Assembly: GCA_965112155.1 (NCBI GenBank)
Contig: OZ218102.1
Direction: 5' to 3' (one strand)
Source: Podarcis liolepis
Lineage: Eukaryota
DNA length: 64,000 nt
A program made the position numbers and the translations under genes. Under the pieces are notes generated by a model, which worked only from the letters and a program-made list of their open reading frames with translations, was not told the DNA's origin and did not search any database. Positions 1 through 11,165 of this stretch are shown piece by piece (the first letter of the stretch is position 1; every line of letters begins with the position of its first letter).

Positions 1-567
1 AAAATCACCATTGCAATACCTCGCATTCTGTTAGAATAAAACCTTTGTAAGAAATTAGCAGCTACTTAAAGAGGTCACGTTTTGTGTAGTTAAACTGCTG
101 TACAAGATGGACTTTGCAAGATATGACTTCTGAGTTGACTATGAACAAAAGTGTGCCTTAATGAATATAAAGATTTAAAAACCTGGAAAGTTTGATGAAC
201 AGTCCTTTAATATTAGGTCAGGCAGAAAAAAACTGACCTCATCAGGCAACATCTTTGTTATGAGGTAGCAGCAGGAAATGCCTACACAGTGTGCTACATC
301 CTAGCCTGTGGATAGTCTTATATCTCTGTCAAAGTCTATTTCTTCATGCACGTGCCTAGCCAGCCATGGGCTGGTAGGTAGTACACTCTATTTGAGTCCC
401 CTATCCATGGCTGCCACATGTCCAGTAACTGTGTGAATAGGCCCTAAAGCTGTCTCTATTTTTGGAAGTCAGTAGGTATGGAGGGAACAGAGAGGCAGGA
501 TAGAACTCCAAGCATTATTAAAAAAAATAGGAGTCCAGTGTAATACTTTCCTCTCTTTTTCCCCCAG

Positions 568-609
568 GAGCTTTTGTTCAAGGCCCACCAGGACCTCGTG
601 GCATACCAG
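568..609 (+). CDS. COL17A1: COL17A1 exon (42 nt): (G)AFVQGPPGPRGIP
   Basis: Pyrimidine tract + cag at 565-567, donor gtaaaa at 610; phase 1-1 Gly-X-Y. Confidence 0.85.
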
Positions 610-1549
610 GTAAAAAGGGCTTTTGTTCGATTTAAGAACTTCCCTTTGAGGGATTTTCAAAAGCTGCTCTATTGTTTTGGTGAAACGCAGTTTTAATGCA
701 CAGGTTTAATCCCCAAAGCATTTCTGAAGAATTTGTTCAGTGAAAGCACAAGCTGATCTGCCTGTGTGATTTCCAGACTTCCTCCTCTCTTCCTGCTGTA
801 ATAATTGACAAGTCTCAGACCATGTGTGTGATTACTTGTGACTTGGGAACTAAAATGTGACTTCAGTATGTGATAGCCTTGGTATATGCTACTTCAGGAT
901 GAAGCACTGTCCTTTGGCCTCACCCAGTTGGTTTTAGGTCCCACCCACCTGTCCCTCAGAGGGCTGGCAAGATAAGAATCTGGCCCTTGGGATAACAAAA
1001 GTTCCACACTCTTGCTCTAGATGATGTTGAACTCCGGCGCCAACTCAGCCCTAATCACCATAGCCACTGGTTAGAGGTGATGGGAGTGGAAGCCTTACTC
1101 TACAGACTGGTGCAGTTGTATAGGAGACTGAGTTTGCTAAGAGGGTTATGAATGTAGGTAGAATGAAAGCAGGAAAGCAGAAGAGAACAGGTCTCTAAGG
1201 CTCATCTTTTCCTTTGCTGCAACCTGACCCAGTGAATGGTCCGGAAGCAGCTAGTGCTGCAAAGTTGCTGGAGCTAAGTGGGTGCAGACCTGAACATTAA
1301 AAAAAAAAAAAGGATCTGGCATATCCACCAGCAGTGGTGCTGGTCTTAGTCCATTCTGCTGGTCAGAGGGCAAGAGACCCTGAGTGTTCCCCATCACTAA
1401 GCACCAGAGATCTAATGGGCCTTTCTTAATTGCCAGCTCACTCAGCCCTCAATAATTATATAACTATTTTTAAAATTTTCCTTATGGGAACCAGGAGCTA
1501 TTGATGCACTGTAATAACCTGGTTGCGTGGTTTCCAATCTTTCTCACAG

Positions 1550-1591
1550 GTGAACCAGGTCAGCCAGGTCTACCAGGAGCCTCTGTGTCAG
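1550..1591 (+). CDS. COL17A1: COL17A1 exon (42 nt): GEPGQPGLPGASVS
   Basis: tctcacag| ... |gtgagt; Gly-X-Y. Confidence 0.92.
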
Positions 1592-2080
1592 GTGAGTCTA
1601 AATGCACTCTCTTTCTTATCAGCCCCTTCCTCTCCTGCCTCTGAGTCTGACCTGCCCTCTTCCACAGCCTCTTCCTGATCACTAAATCCTGTTTCCCCTT
1701 CAGCTTCTGACACCACCTCCCCCTAGTCTGTTCCTTCTTCTCCCTCTGACCACTCATTGTCATCCCACCACCTGGCTCTGAGCCTTCTTCCCTGGGGGTT
1801 TCCCAGCTGCTTCCCCCCCCCCACTTCTCTGCATCCAGCCAGTCCATGACAATCAGCCTTCACCAACCTGGTGCTCTCCATACATTTTGGATTATAATTC
1901 CGTCAGCCCCAGCCAGCAGGGCCACAATGATCAGGGATGGTAGGTAGGCCGGAACATCTGGAGGGCACCATGTAATGAAGGAGTCTCTAAACAGTACAAT
2001 GTCACATGTGAAGCCCCTGTTCTCTCCACCACCCCCCTCTCCAGATTTCTCATCACCATCTCCCTGATTCCTGTTTGCAG

Positions 2081-2146
2081 GTGCTGGAGTTACCATCCAA
2101 GGACCACCTGGATTACCAGGACCACCTGGGCCCAAAGGAGAGAAAG
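2081..2146 (+). CDS. COL17A1: COL17A1 exon (66 nt): GAGVTIQGPPGLPGPPGPKGEK
   Basis: tttgcag| ... |gtttgt; Gly-X-Y. Confidence 0.93.
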
Positions 2147-2830
2147 GTTTGTGAAGAGCACTGAGCACCCTTTTGCAACTTGAACTTTGTGTGAGAGGCA
2201 AAATCTGTGGCTTCTGGCATGCTGTGATGAGCCTTGCTCCTAGCTGTAAAAGTGCCCAGCTGTGATGTAATGTAAATCATTGTGGGTGACCCTCTTGAGA
2301 AAGCTCTTTTGCTGCTTTTCTTACCTCTTCCCACAGGGCAAAATAGATGGTTACAGTTCTCCTAAGCCAGGAGTGGGGAACCTCAGGCTTAGAGGCCAAG
2401 TGTGGCCCTGTAGGCTTTTCTGTGTGGCCCCCAGGATTCTTTCCAGGCCACCCTCCACTCCCCATGCCATGTCCTTTACCAGCCCAACTTCATCCCCTTG
2501 AGTGGTTGGAATGTGTACTTAAACTCAGACAATGCCTTTTGGTTTCCTGTATTGAGGACAGATGGATGGGTGGAAGGGTGTAAAAACTAGCCTACTGTAC
2601 AAAGGTAGTATTTGCGGTCACTGCTTTGCCCACTTTTGCCTCTGACCCCACCCACCACTGGCACGTGGCCCCCAGAAAATTGTCCTGATGGTAATGTGGC
2701 CCTCGCTCTGAAAAAGCTTTCCCACCAATGTGACTTGGACTTTTATCCCCAGAAGGAGTGCAATTAGAAAGGTCCACAGGCTTGCTGAATGGAGTCAATG
2801 AACACATGTTTTTCTTTGTTTTCCTGTTAG

Positions 2831-2872
2831 GTGATGCAGGTGTACCAGGAGCTCCAGGCATCCCTGGAGGAG
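2831..2872 (+). CDS. COL17A1: COL17A1 exon (42 nt): GDAGVPGAPGIPGG
   Basis: ctgttag| ... |gtaaga. Confidence 0.93.
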
Positions 2873-3271
2873 GTAAGATGACAGCATCAGTAATGTACAC
2901 TTTTGTATATAGTATAAACCATCATGGCCATCCCTAGTGTTAAAGCTTTCTGAAATGTATTGCGTCTTCTTCCTGGGCAAATAAAACAAGGCAATTCAGC
3001 TCACAGAGCAGGGCTGAAAATCCCACTCATGCCACAGAGATGCTGAAGGACTCCATCTCTGAGGAGTCGTGGTCTGGGGCCATGACAGGTTAAGGAGGCC
3101 TGTCATTCTCCTGTCATGTGGCAAATGCAGGCTTGTGAAACACACACAGTTGCTTTGTAATGTACTGTTTCATCCTATGTGTCAGTATAATGCACTTAAG
3201 TACAATGGTCTTTTTAGGCTGCGCCTTGCTTCCATAGTAATAAAAACAAATCAACTTTTGTACTTCTGCAG

Positions 3272-3394
3272 CTGGATCAAGAGCATCTCAGGGTCTTCCA
3301 GGTCCCCCAGGTCCTCCTGGACCTCCAGGCCTAGGAATCAGTGGAATTAGTTCGGCCCGAGACATTCAGCTGATGATTGCTGAGTACCTGCAAA
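3272..3394 (+). CDS. COL17A1: COL17A1 exon (123 nt): [41 protein letters not shown]
   Basis: ttctgcag| ... |gtaagt; GPP run followed by an NC helix. Confidence 0.93.
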
Positions 3395-4052
3395 GTAAGT
3401 CACACACCTTTTGTTAGAGTCATACTCTCATGTCACTATCTGACAGCACTCAGTTCAGACACCTTTGGGGGTTTGGGGAAAGCCTGGAGCTTGTTTGCCT
3501 TCTGATCATCTAATATCTGATTTACTGTGGACATTTCAGATTGCAGGTAGAAGGGGGCTGGAATGCCTCCTGCCTCCTGCCATGCAAAACTTAAGTTTCA
3601 ATATACCCCAATGAAATTTTCCAGTTAAACCTTCAGCAGTATACATTTAGGCATTTTCCATTTCAATGTCAATTAAACCATTGTACTTAACAGGCAGGGG
3701 TTCATGGAAGTTGTCCAACAACTGGAGAGGCAGGGGTTTCCTACCTCTGGTCCAGGTATATGGCTCCTCCCTAAGGACTAAGAGAACTTTAGCACTAAAC
3801 AAATAATACAGGCCAATATATTAAAAAGCTTGGACTCTGGATCCCAAAGTACCCTACTTAAACCTTTGTATGAGAGCAGATAACAAATTATTCTATGGTA
3901 GGAGCAGCCAAGGGGTGATGTAGAATAATCAAGAGTGTGTGTGATTTCGTAGGGTTATGCTGGTGGAGCTGCAGGAGAACCACAAAAACCATGTAAATCA
4001 CCACATCCATCCACTCCAGTAATGATTGTACTCTGCCCTTCTGCTTCACTAG

Positions 4053-4178
4053 GTGACAGTGCATCCTATCTGATTGGACCACCTGGTCCTCCGGGACCAC
4101 CAGGAATGATTACCGCCATTGGTGAGGAATCCTTGGACTACACTGAATTGGCCCGCCGTGTCGTGAGCTACATGTCTG
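4053..4178 (+). CDS. COL17A1: COL17A1 exon (126 nt): [42 protein letters not shown]
   Basis: ttcactag| ... |gtaggc. Confidence 0.93.
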
Positions 4179-4266
4179 GTAGGCACCATGCTTTCATGCC
4201 TTGTCAATTTTGTTCCATCTCTGGACAAACCAGAAAAGCAGGACTAATTTTCTTTTATTTTCTTAG

Positions 4267-4404
4267 GAGTGGATGTGCGCCAGTATTTCATTGGACCCCA
4301 AGGTCCCCCAGGACCCCCTGGCCCCCCTGGACTGGGAGGAGACAGCTTATCTGTGTCCCTGGACTATGATGAATTGACAAGACGGGTTGTCAGCTATATA
4401 ACAA
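4267..4404 (+). CDS. COL17A1: COL17A1 exon (138 nt): [46 protein letters not shown]
   Basis: tttcttag| ... |gtaatg; DVRQY and LDY motifs. Confidence 0.93.
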
Positions 4405-5389
4405 GTAATGTCATATGCATATCTATTATGTTGCACTAAGTGATTTCCCCAACAGCACTGTGAGCTGCAAGTTGGCTTTTTGGTACTACCTGTTGGCTGC
4501 AGGCCCCTTCGTAAATTTTGCAACCACATGTTGTGTGTGTATGGTTACACACTCCTTAGGATGCCACACACAGGTGGGGGCCTCTAGTTATAGGATGCTT
4601 ATTCTTGACCCATTTACCACCACCCAATAGCTTCATGTGGACCCACTTTCTGCTACAAGGGCTATCAGGGCATGTCCCACTATGTTTGGATGATATGCTG
4701 TAGTGGTCAGTAAGAATATACTATTGTTGATTTCCATTTACACTGAATAATCCATTTTTGGTGGCTGTTAGTTCACAGAATTCTCAGAGTAAACTGAAGA
4801 GTTGATCCAGAGAATATGTAATATTATTTTTTCCCTACAAAACACTTCTCTACAAAACACTATAGGAGTGCTTTGAAAATAAAGGATTATTTTACAGAGA
4901 TGCTTTCAATAATCCAGTATTTAGCACATTTACTGCTTCAACACACTGACTAAGAGCCACACCATAGTGGGTTAAGGGTACTCTGTGGTAGGTAAACTGC
5001 AGTTCCCAGGATTCTTTGAGGCAAGTTATGTGATTTAAATGTACGGTGTGGGTGTGAGCATCTTGCCGGAACCACAGTCATGAATTGCAGTATTGATTGG
5101 AACTATAGTAAGTCTTGCAATCCTATCAAGCCATCTTGGGACATTTTATAGACTCACAACTATTGGATTTTAGGCTTCCCTACAATGACCAATGGTTCAT
5201 AGACACCCAACTTGGACTTGCCCCTCTGTGCTCATCTCTGGGTTTTAAAAAGAGTTGAAATGCAGTGGAGACATCTAGGTCTCCATTTAGTTCAGTGAAG
5301 CAAAGGTTTGGCTCCACCTCATTCCCAGGAGGTAGATTGCTAGAGTAAGCTGAGTGGTTGTGTTCCTACTTCAGCTGAGATTGCGTAAT

Positions 5390-5856
5390 GGAGGAAGTAG
5401 CTCAGTAGCAGAGCACATGCTATACATGCCAAAGGTCTGAGGTTCAATCCCCAGCATCTCCTGATAGATCTGGGAATATCCCTTGCCTGGAACCCGGGAG
5501 AGCTGCTGTCCATATTTGTAGATAATATGCTTGTGGAAAACTCTCCCCAAGGAGGCCCATCTGGTGCCTTCATTACGTATCTTTAGGCATCAGGCAAAAA
5601 TGTTTCTCTATAACCAGGCCTTTGGATGATTGAACATTCTGTTGTCTTAAGGTGTTTGTGGGTTAAAGGTGTGTGTGTTTTATTATGTATTTTGTGTTCT
5701 CATTTTGTATTTTTATGTTGTGAAGTGTCATGTGATTTTCTGATGAAGGGTGGTATACAAATTTACTCAGTAATAATACTGAGCTATAATCAATAATAAT
5801 ACTGAGCTATATGCGCCAATGGTCTGACTCTGTATAAGGCAGCTTCTTATGTTCCT
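5390..5856 (+). mobile_element. tRNA-derived SINE (Squam3-like), interrupted by an L2-like 3' fragment at about 5545-5765
   Basis: tRNA head GTAGCTCAGTAGCAGAGC...GGTTCAATCCCC; tail ...GGTCTGACTCTGTATAAGGCAGCTTCTTATGTTCCT resumes after the insert. Confidence 0.75.
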
Positions 5857-6184
5857 ACTGGCACATTCTAGAAATGAGCTGTAAGATCACTGTCAAAAGT
5901 AGTATGTGCTTTATAATTTCTTTTGCAAAGAGACTACAAGTGTGAGGTGCATAGTCCTAATTATTCTTCAAGACATAGCTGATTCTGCCATTCTTAACCC
6001 TCACTTTGTTATACAAGCTAACAGAGTAGGACAGAAAAGTCCTTCTGCCTTTTGTTTAGCTATTCTGTCCTGGCAATGTGGGTAGGGACAGAGGGGATTT
6101 GCTTGCATAGCGGGGGGGGGGGGGGAAGGGTGTGTGTGTGTAAATCAGGCCTCAGATACTTATTCACATTCTTCCTTCTTTCAG

Positions 6185-6286
6185 ACTCAGAATTTGATCG
6201 CTTTGTAGGGCCACCTGGGCCACCAGGCCCACCAGGCAGTGCGCTTTCCTCCATCACTGCAGAGGACATCTCCGCCTACTTACAAA
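6185..6286 (+). CDS. COL17A1: COL17A1 exon (102 nt): [34 protein letters not shown]
   Basis: ttctttcag| ... |gtaaat. Confidence 0.92.
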
Positions 6287-6855
6287 GTAAATATGATTTG
6301 CCATACTCTGTGCTTGGGTACCATGTAGGAGTCTGGGATTTCTTGTGGGGGGTGGGGAGTTGCTGGGCTTTCTAGGACAGAGTAAAGGAAAAAGAAGGGG
6401 GGTAGAGAAATTGAGCCACGTTCAATATGCAGCAATACAGTGAATCCTAATATTGTAAGATCTGGGTGTGTTAGTCATCACCAGCAAAGGATGCTAGTGA
6501 CAAAATAGTATGATTGGTCAATCAGCTGATCTAAAATTCTGCTGGTAGCTCCCTATAATGAAAGCTATGTGATACTTTGACTTTCCTTGCTAACAGGGTA
6601 AAAGGGTGTCATCACCCCACCCTGCTGCCAAAAAATTAATGATACTGAATCAAAAATTACAAAGGTATAAAATAGCATGCCATCCGGACATGCCAATGAA
6701 GTTGTTTTTAAACATAATGGTGGCTAAGTGCATATGATTGTGCTGTTAGAATTGGGGGGGGGGGGCGAATGACATAGGAGAAAGAATTCAAGCAAAGGGT
6801 CTGCTTGCAATTTCTTAAAAAGCACATAATTAACCCAGTTTCTTCTTCTTCCAAG

Positions 6856-7008
6856 GTTTGGGGTACTTCACACTCTCTGGACCCCCCGGACCCCCAGGTC
6901 CACCAGGCCCTCCAGGACCACCTGGCTTGTCAGGAAGTGGCCTTGTTTCCTATGGTGATGATCTTTGGACTGACCAGTTCAGAAGTGACTTGATTAAGTA
7001 CCTTACTA
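6856..7008 (+). CDS. COL17A1: COL17A1 exon (153 nt): [51 protein letters not shown]
   Basis: cttccaag| ... |gtaagt; FRSDLIKYLT resembles human FRSELISYLT. Confidence 0.93.
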
Positions 7009-7887
7009 GTAAGTCACACACGCAAAACCACTTCCACAATTTTGATTGCTATAACCAGCTGCTGCTCTTCTTGAAATTTCAAGTCTGGGCCTCATCCTGG
7101 CACTATGCCTAGGGCTGATCTCATAGCTCTTTTGTAGCAGCTGAGAAATGCTTACTACAGCTGCTATCCTGGACTGAAAAGTCCCTCAAGAAATCAAAAG
7201 TATTGAATATGGTTTTGTCTTAAGGTGGATCCTAAGATTTATTTCTGTTTGGTCATCTTTGACATGTATCACTTATGGAAGAGACTTGTTCTTTAATTTG
7301 TGCTTCCTTTACTGGAACCAGAAGGTCTAAAAAATAGCACCTTAGCTGGTAGGGCATAACCTCTAACCATCAACTCAGTCTCAAGTAGCATCCTCTTGCT
7401 TTAATGAAAAGCTTTCCAGAAACAGGTTCTCTTTGGGGCACCATGCTGTGCCAAGTTTACTAAAATTACTAAAATTGCATCCTGCTACAGTAAACTTAAA
7501 GAGGCTTACATCAATATCATTAACATACTATCAGGTTCTTGCCTGTGGGTGGAACTGACAGTGGATAACCACTCCTGTAGGAATAATGGGTGGAATTGGG
7601 AAGGCACTAGATCCTTCAGATCCCACTGCTCCCTCTGCATGCCCCCAAACCGTCCCAACACATTTTGGTTTTGGGATGTCAAGAGTTCCAAAACTGATAG
7701 GGCTGGGTTTGTGGAAGTTGTGGGGATGGGAGGATTCAGCATCAGAGCTCCCTTGAAGAAGATCTGATGTATCGTGTGACCCTCTGGGATGCCGTCCCAG
7801 AGCACTCTTTGCTGGCTTCAGCACCCCTGTAGAACATTCCATTATAACTGGTGCAGCTCCATTAACACCCATTGCTGTGTTTTGTAG

Positions 7888-8406
7888 GTGACGATATTCG
7901 TGGCATCATCAGAGGACCCCCCGGGCCTCCAGGACCACCTGGTATAGGAGGAGATGGCAGCTTGATGGCTGAATCTTACAGAAGGTCTCTAAATTCAGAT
8001 GGGTCGTATGGCAGGTCCGTAAGTTCTGCCACATCCTATGATGCATCACTTGCCACAGGGGGATCATACAGCAGCTCATTGGGAAGCAATGGAGCATATG
8101 GTGGATCTCTTGGAGCTGATGGATCTCTTGGAGCTGGTGGATCACTTGGAGCTGGTGGATCATACGGTGGATCTCTTGGAGCTGATGGCTCTTATGGTGG
8201 ATCTCTTGGAGCTGATGGTTCTTATGGTGGAGCGATTGGAGCAGGTGGATCTTACGGTGCTGGAGCAGGTGGATCTTACGGTAGTTCAACTGGAGCAGGC
8301 GGATCACAGATGAGATCTACAGGTGCAGGAGGATCCTATAGTGGCTCATTTGCTGGGGCACTGGATTACAATGAGTTGGCAGCCAGAGTGTCAGAAAACA
8401 TACAAA
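7888..8406 (+). CDS. COL17A1: COL17A1 large exon (519 nt): short collagen run plus Gly/Ser-rich NC4 domain
   Basis: ttttgtag| ... |gtaagt; ends in LDYNELAARVSENIQ (human LDYNELAVRVSESMQ). Confidence 0.95.
7974..8363 (+). repeat. Coding minisatellite, unit about 30 nt (SYGGSLGADG-type decapeptide), in COL17A1 NC4
   Basis: Repeated tatggtggatctcttggagctgatgg units. Confidence 0.9.
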
Positions 8407-9058
8407 GTAAGTATATCCATATTTTACCCCATGCTATCTAAAGTGCTGTGGACTGTTTAGAGTTTGTGTGTGTGTGTGTGTTTGGGACATGTGATTCTTA
8501 GACCATTAAGTTGTGTTCCACTCCTTTGAATATATGCAGTGTAGATTCCATGAGCTATTCTAAGGAAAAACTTGGCATTCTTTTTTGAAATGACCCTAAA
8601 AGTGCACACATGAGAAATGTTAAATTGAAACGTGCTGTATGTACCTCTGAGGGAAATCCCAGGAGCAGGTTCCTTCCTTGACTGCTAGATCTTGGATTAT
8701 CACAGCAAAACAGTTTAATATATGTGCTCAGCAGAATTGGTGCAAAAAGTTTCCCCAGAGGATCAAAACATGAAATCAGTTTCCTAACTCAGATTAGAAT
8801 CCTTCACCAGCACTAGGGCTGATGTGAGTTGTAGGCCAAAACATCTGGAGGGTACTAGGTTGGTGAAGGCTGAAGTACAATGCTTCAACTATGGGCTGAG
8901 TCTTTTTCTGGAGTGTTAAGGATGCTTTAAAAGTAGTACAGAAAAATGCCACGGCTTCAAAGGGCGGGGGGTGGGAAGAGATGCTTCCTTGAGTTCTGAC
9001 TTCATAGCAAGGATGTAGAACCGGTGGCCCTCCTGATGTTCTGAACTGCAACTCCTAT

Positions 9059-9115
9059 CTACGCTAACTGGGACTAATCAGAATTAACTACGCTAACTGG
9101 GACTAATCAGAATTA
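9059..9115 (+). repeat. Tandem duplication, 29-bp period
   Basis: ctacgctaactgggactaatcagaatta occurs twice in tandem. Confidence 0.95.
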
Positions 9116-9248
9116 GGGGTTGCCTACCTCTGCTTTATCGAATGGAATTTTCACTGCTGGACACAAAGCATTTTGAAGAGCCAGGGGGTGAAATTGGTCA
9201 TGTCAACCTTCGTATACTCTATTTCAAATTTATGTTCTAATTTCCCAG

Positions 9249-9389
9249 GCCGAGGGCTTCTGCAGGACATGATGACTTATGCTGTGCAAGGACCACCTGG
9301 GCCTCCAGGGCCTCCTGGCATTCCAGGCATCAGCAAAGTGTTTGCATCCTATGGCAATATCACTGCGGACCTCATGGAATTCTTCAGAA
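9249..9389 (+). CDS. COL17A1: COL17A1 exon (141 nt): [47 protein letters not shown], with N-glycosylation sequon NIT
   Basis: tttcccag| ... |gtaagt; highly conserved NC2 sequence. Confidence 0.96.
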
Positions 9390-10138
9390 GTAAGTCACAT
9401 CCCTGTTGTCATTTTAATTTAGGATATACAAAGATTTTAAATGAAATGAAATACTGCAGCTGCTGCTTTACTGGGTAGGGAGTAGTTTAGGGACCACTCC
9501 AGATTAGTGGATTTTTTTTTAGCAGGTGCATTCTGCAACATGTCATTGATGCAATAGTAGCGTGTTAATGGTGGATGCATACTGGACGGTCTACACATCA
9601 TTCCCCTATACTGGTTGTTTTGCAATAATCCCTCAATGTTATACATTAGTGCCTTCTCAAGGGGCACTCTTGCCGTATATAGTGCAACCACAAAATAATA
9701 ATATTCTTGGAATGTTTGTGGTACAGAAAGTTACAGGGTTTCAGCAGGAAGCTATGGGACATGCACTGCCTGGAAACGAAGCAGTATGACATGCCAAAAC
9801 TTTTGCAGGCACAAATGGTATTGAAAGTGTGATTGTGCGTAACTGCTGCAACAACTTGATGAGTACAAATCATGATGAACGCTCAATAAAGAGGCCCTAG
9901 ACGTGTAGAATATAGTAGAATATAGCCTTGTGACAACCTGCATTTCTGCCCCATTAGAAGAGGAGGCAGTCTCTCAGATATGGCTTACCTTGATTTTGTA
10001 ACCTGGACCCTTCAGGCTTTGCGGTATTGAATTACTTTGTTAAATGGGCCATAAGCACAGAGCTTTTCATTATGGACGTTCTTATATTTACAGTTAAGAG
10101 CAGATATACACAAACATGATGTTGTTTGTTTTCTACAG

Positions 10139-10201
10139 CTTATGGAACTATCCCAGGTGCACCTGGACAGAAAGGAGAGATAGGATTCCCAGGACCCAAA
10201 G
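10139..10201 (+). CDS. COL17A1: COL17A1 exon (63 nt): TYGTIPGAPGQKGEIGFPGPK
   Basis: ttctacag| ... |gtaaga. Confidence 0.95.
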
Positions 10202-10407
10202 GTAAGAAATTTGCATTAAGGCAGGCTGTGCTCTGGCTGATTAAACCATCCCAACTATGTTTGTCTAATCATTTCTGTCCACCCTCTTTGCTTTCATAAT
10301 TTCTTTAAGATACTTGTTCCAGGTGTATTCTTGAGTCAAGTGTTGTGATGATCATGACATATATTGTTCATGCCTCTTAAAGTTTGGCCAGTCTGACACT
10401 GGTGGCA

Positions 10408-10710
10408 TAGAATCATAGAATTGTAATTAGGAAAGGATCCAGAGGTTAACCCCCTGCAAAGCAGGAATCTCAGCTAGATCATACAGCTGCTTAAAAGTCT
10501 CAGAGGGTGAGTCCACCACCTCTTGTGGAGACCTGTCCCACTGTCAAACAGCTCTCACTGTCAGAAAGTTCTTCCTAATGTTTAGTTGGAATCTCCTTTC
10601 TTGTAACTTGAAGGTTCGGGTTTGGGTCTTGGCCTCTGGAGCAGGAGAAAACAAGCTTGCACCATCCTCTATGTGGCAGCCCTTGAGATATTTGAAGCTG
10701 GCTATCTTAA
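10408..10710 (-). mobile_element. CR1 LINE 3' fragment
   Basis: Reverse-transcriptase C-terminus (FKYLKGCH...[22 protein letters not shown]) and a TTCTATGATTCTA tail. Confidence 0.9.
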
Positions 10711-10989
10711 GAGCAAAAATCCTTTTTGGGAGCTTGCAAAGCAGCCCTGTCCTGCTGGTGTGGGCGAATGCTGAATTTCCTTTGTTTAATCCTGCCTGTG
10801 AACAAGTTTGCATATTCTGGCTACCTGCCTGTTCCCAGGCAGGAGTTCCTACTTTTAAATGCTGATATGCTTGTTACCTAACAGAGGTGTGCCTGCTCAG
10901 CTCTTAAGTATTTTTTTCCAAAGTGGTAGCACTGTTAATAAGTTGCTGCAGAAACAGCTTAGAGTCTTGTGATATGTTAAAGACACAGG

Positions 10990-11165
10990 CTGCATACATA
11001 CATTTAAAGCAGACTTAAATGGCAAGGCTTACACCAAAGAATTCTGGGAACTATAATTTGCCCCCAGAAAGCTATGATTTCAAGATGCTTGGCAAACTGC
11101 GGCTTCCAGGATTCTTTGGGAATCATGTGCTTTAAATGTGCACTGAATGTGCTTTAAGTGTACGT
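10990..11165. mobile_element. Palindromic non-autonomous element (MITE-like); related partial copy at about 4985-5055
   Basis: Inverted ends catttaaagca...tgctttaaatg and internal attctgggaact / ttccaggatt. Confidence 0.5.

Noticed and set aside
5395-5462. tRNA-like sequence with A and B boxes
   Set aside because: Head of a tRNA-derived SINE; no intact acceptor stem, and it continues into SINE body
7909-8313. Repetitive alternative-frame ORFs (IHQLQE... on -, VDLLEL... on +)
   Set aside because: Shadow frames of the COL17A1 NC4 coding minisatellite
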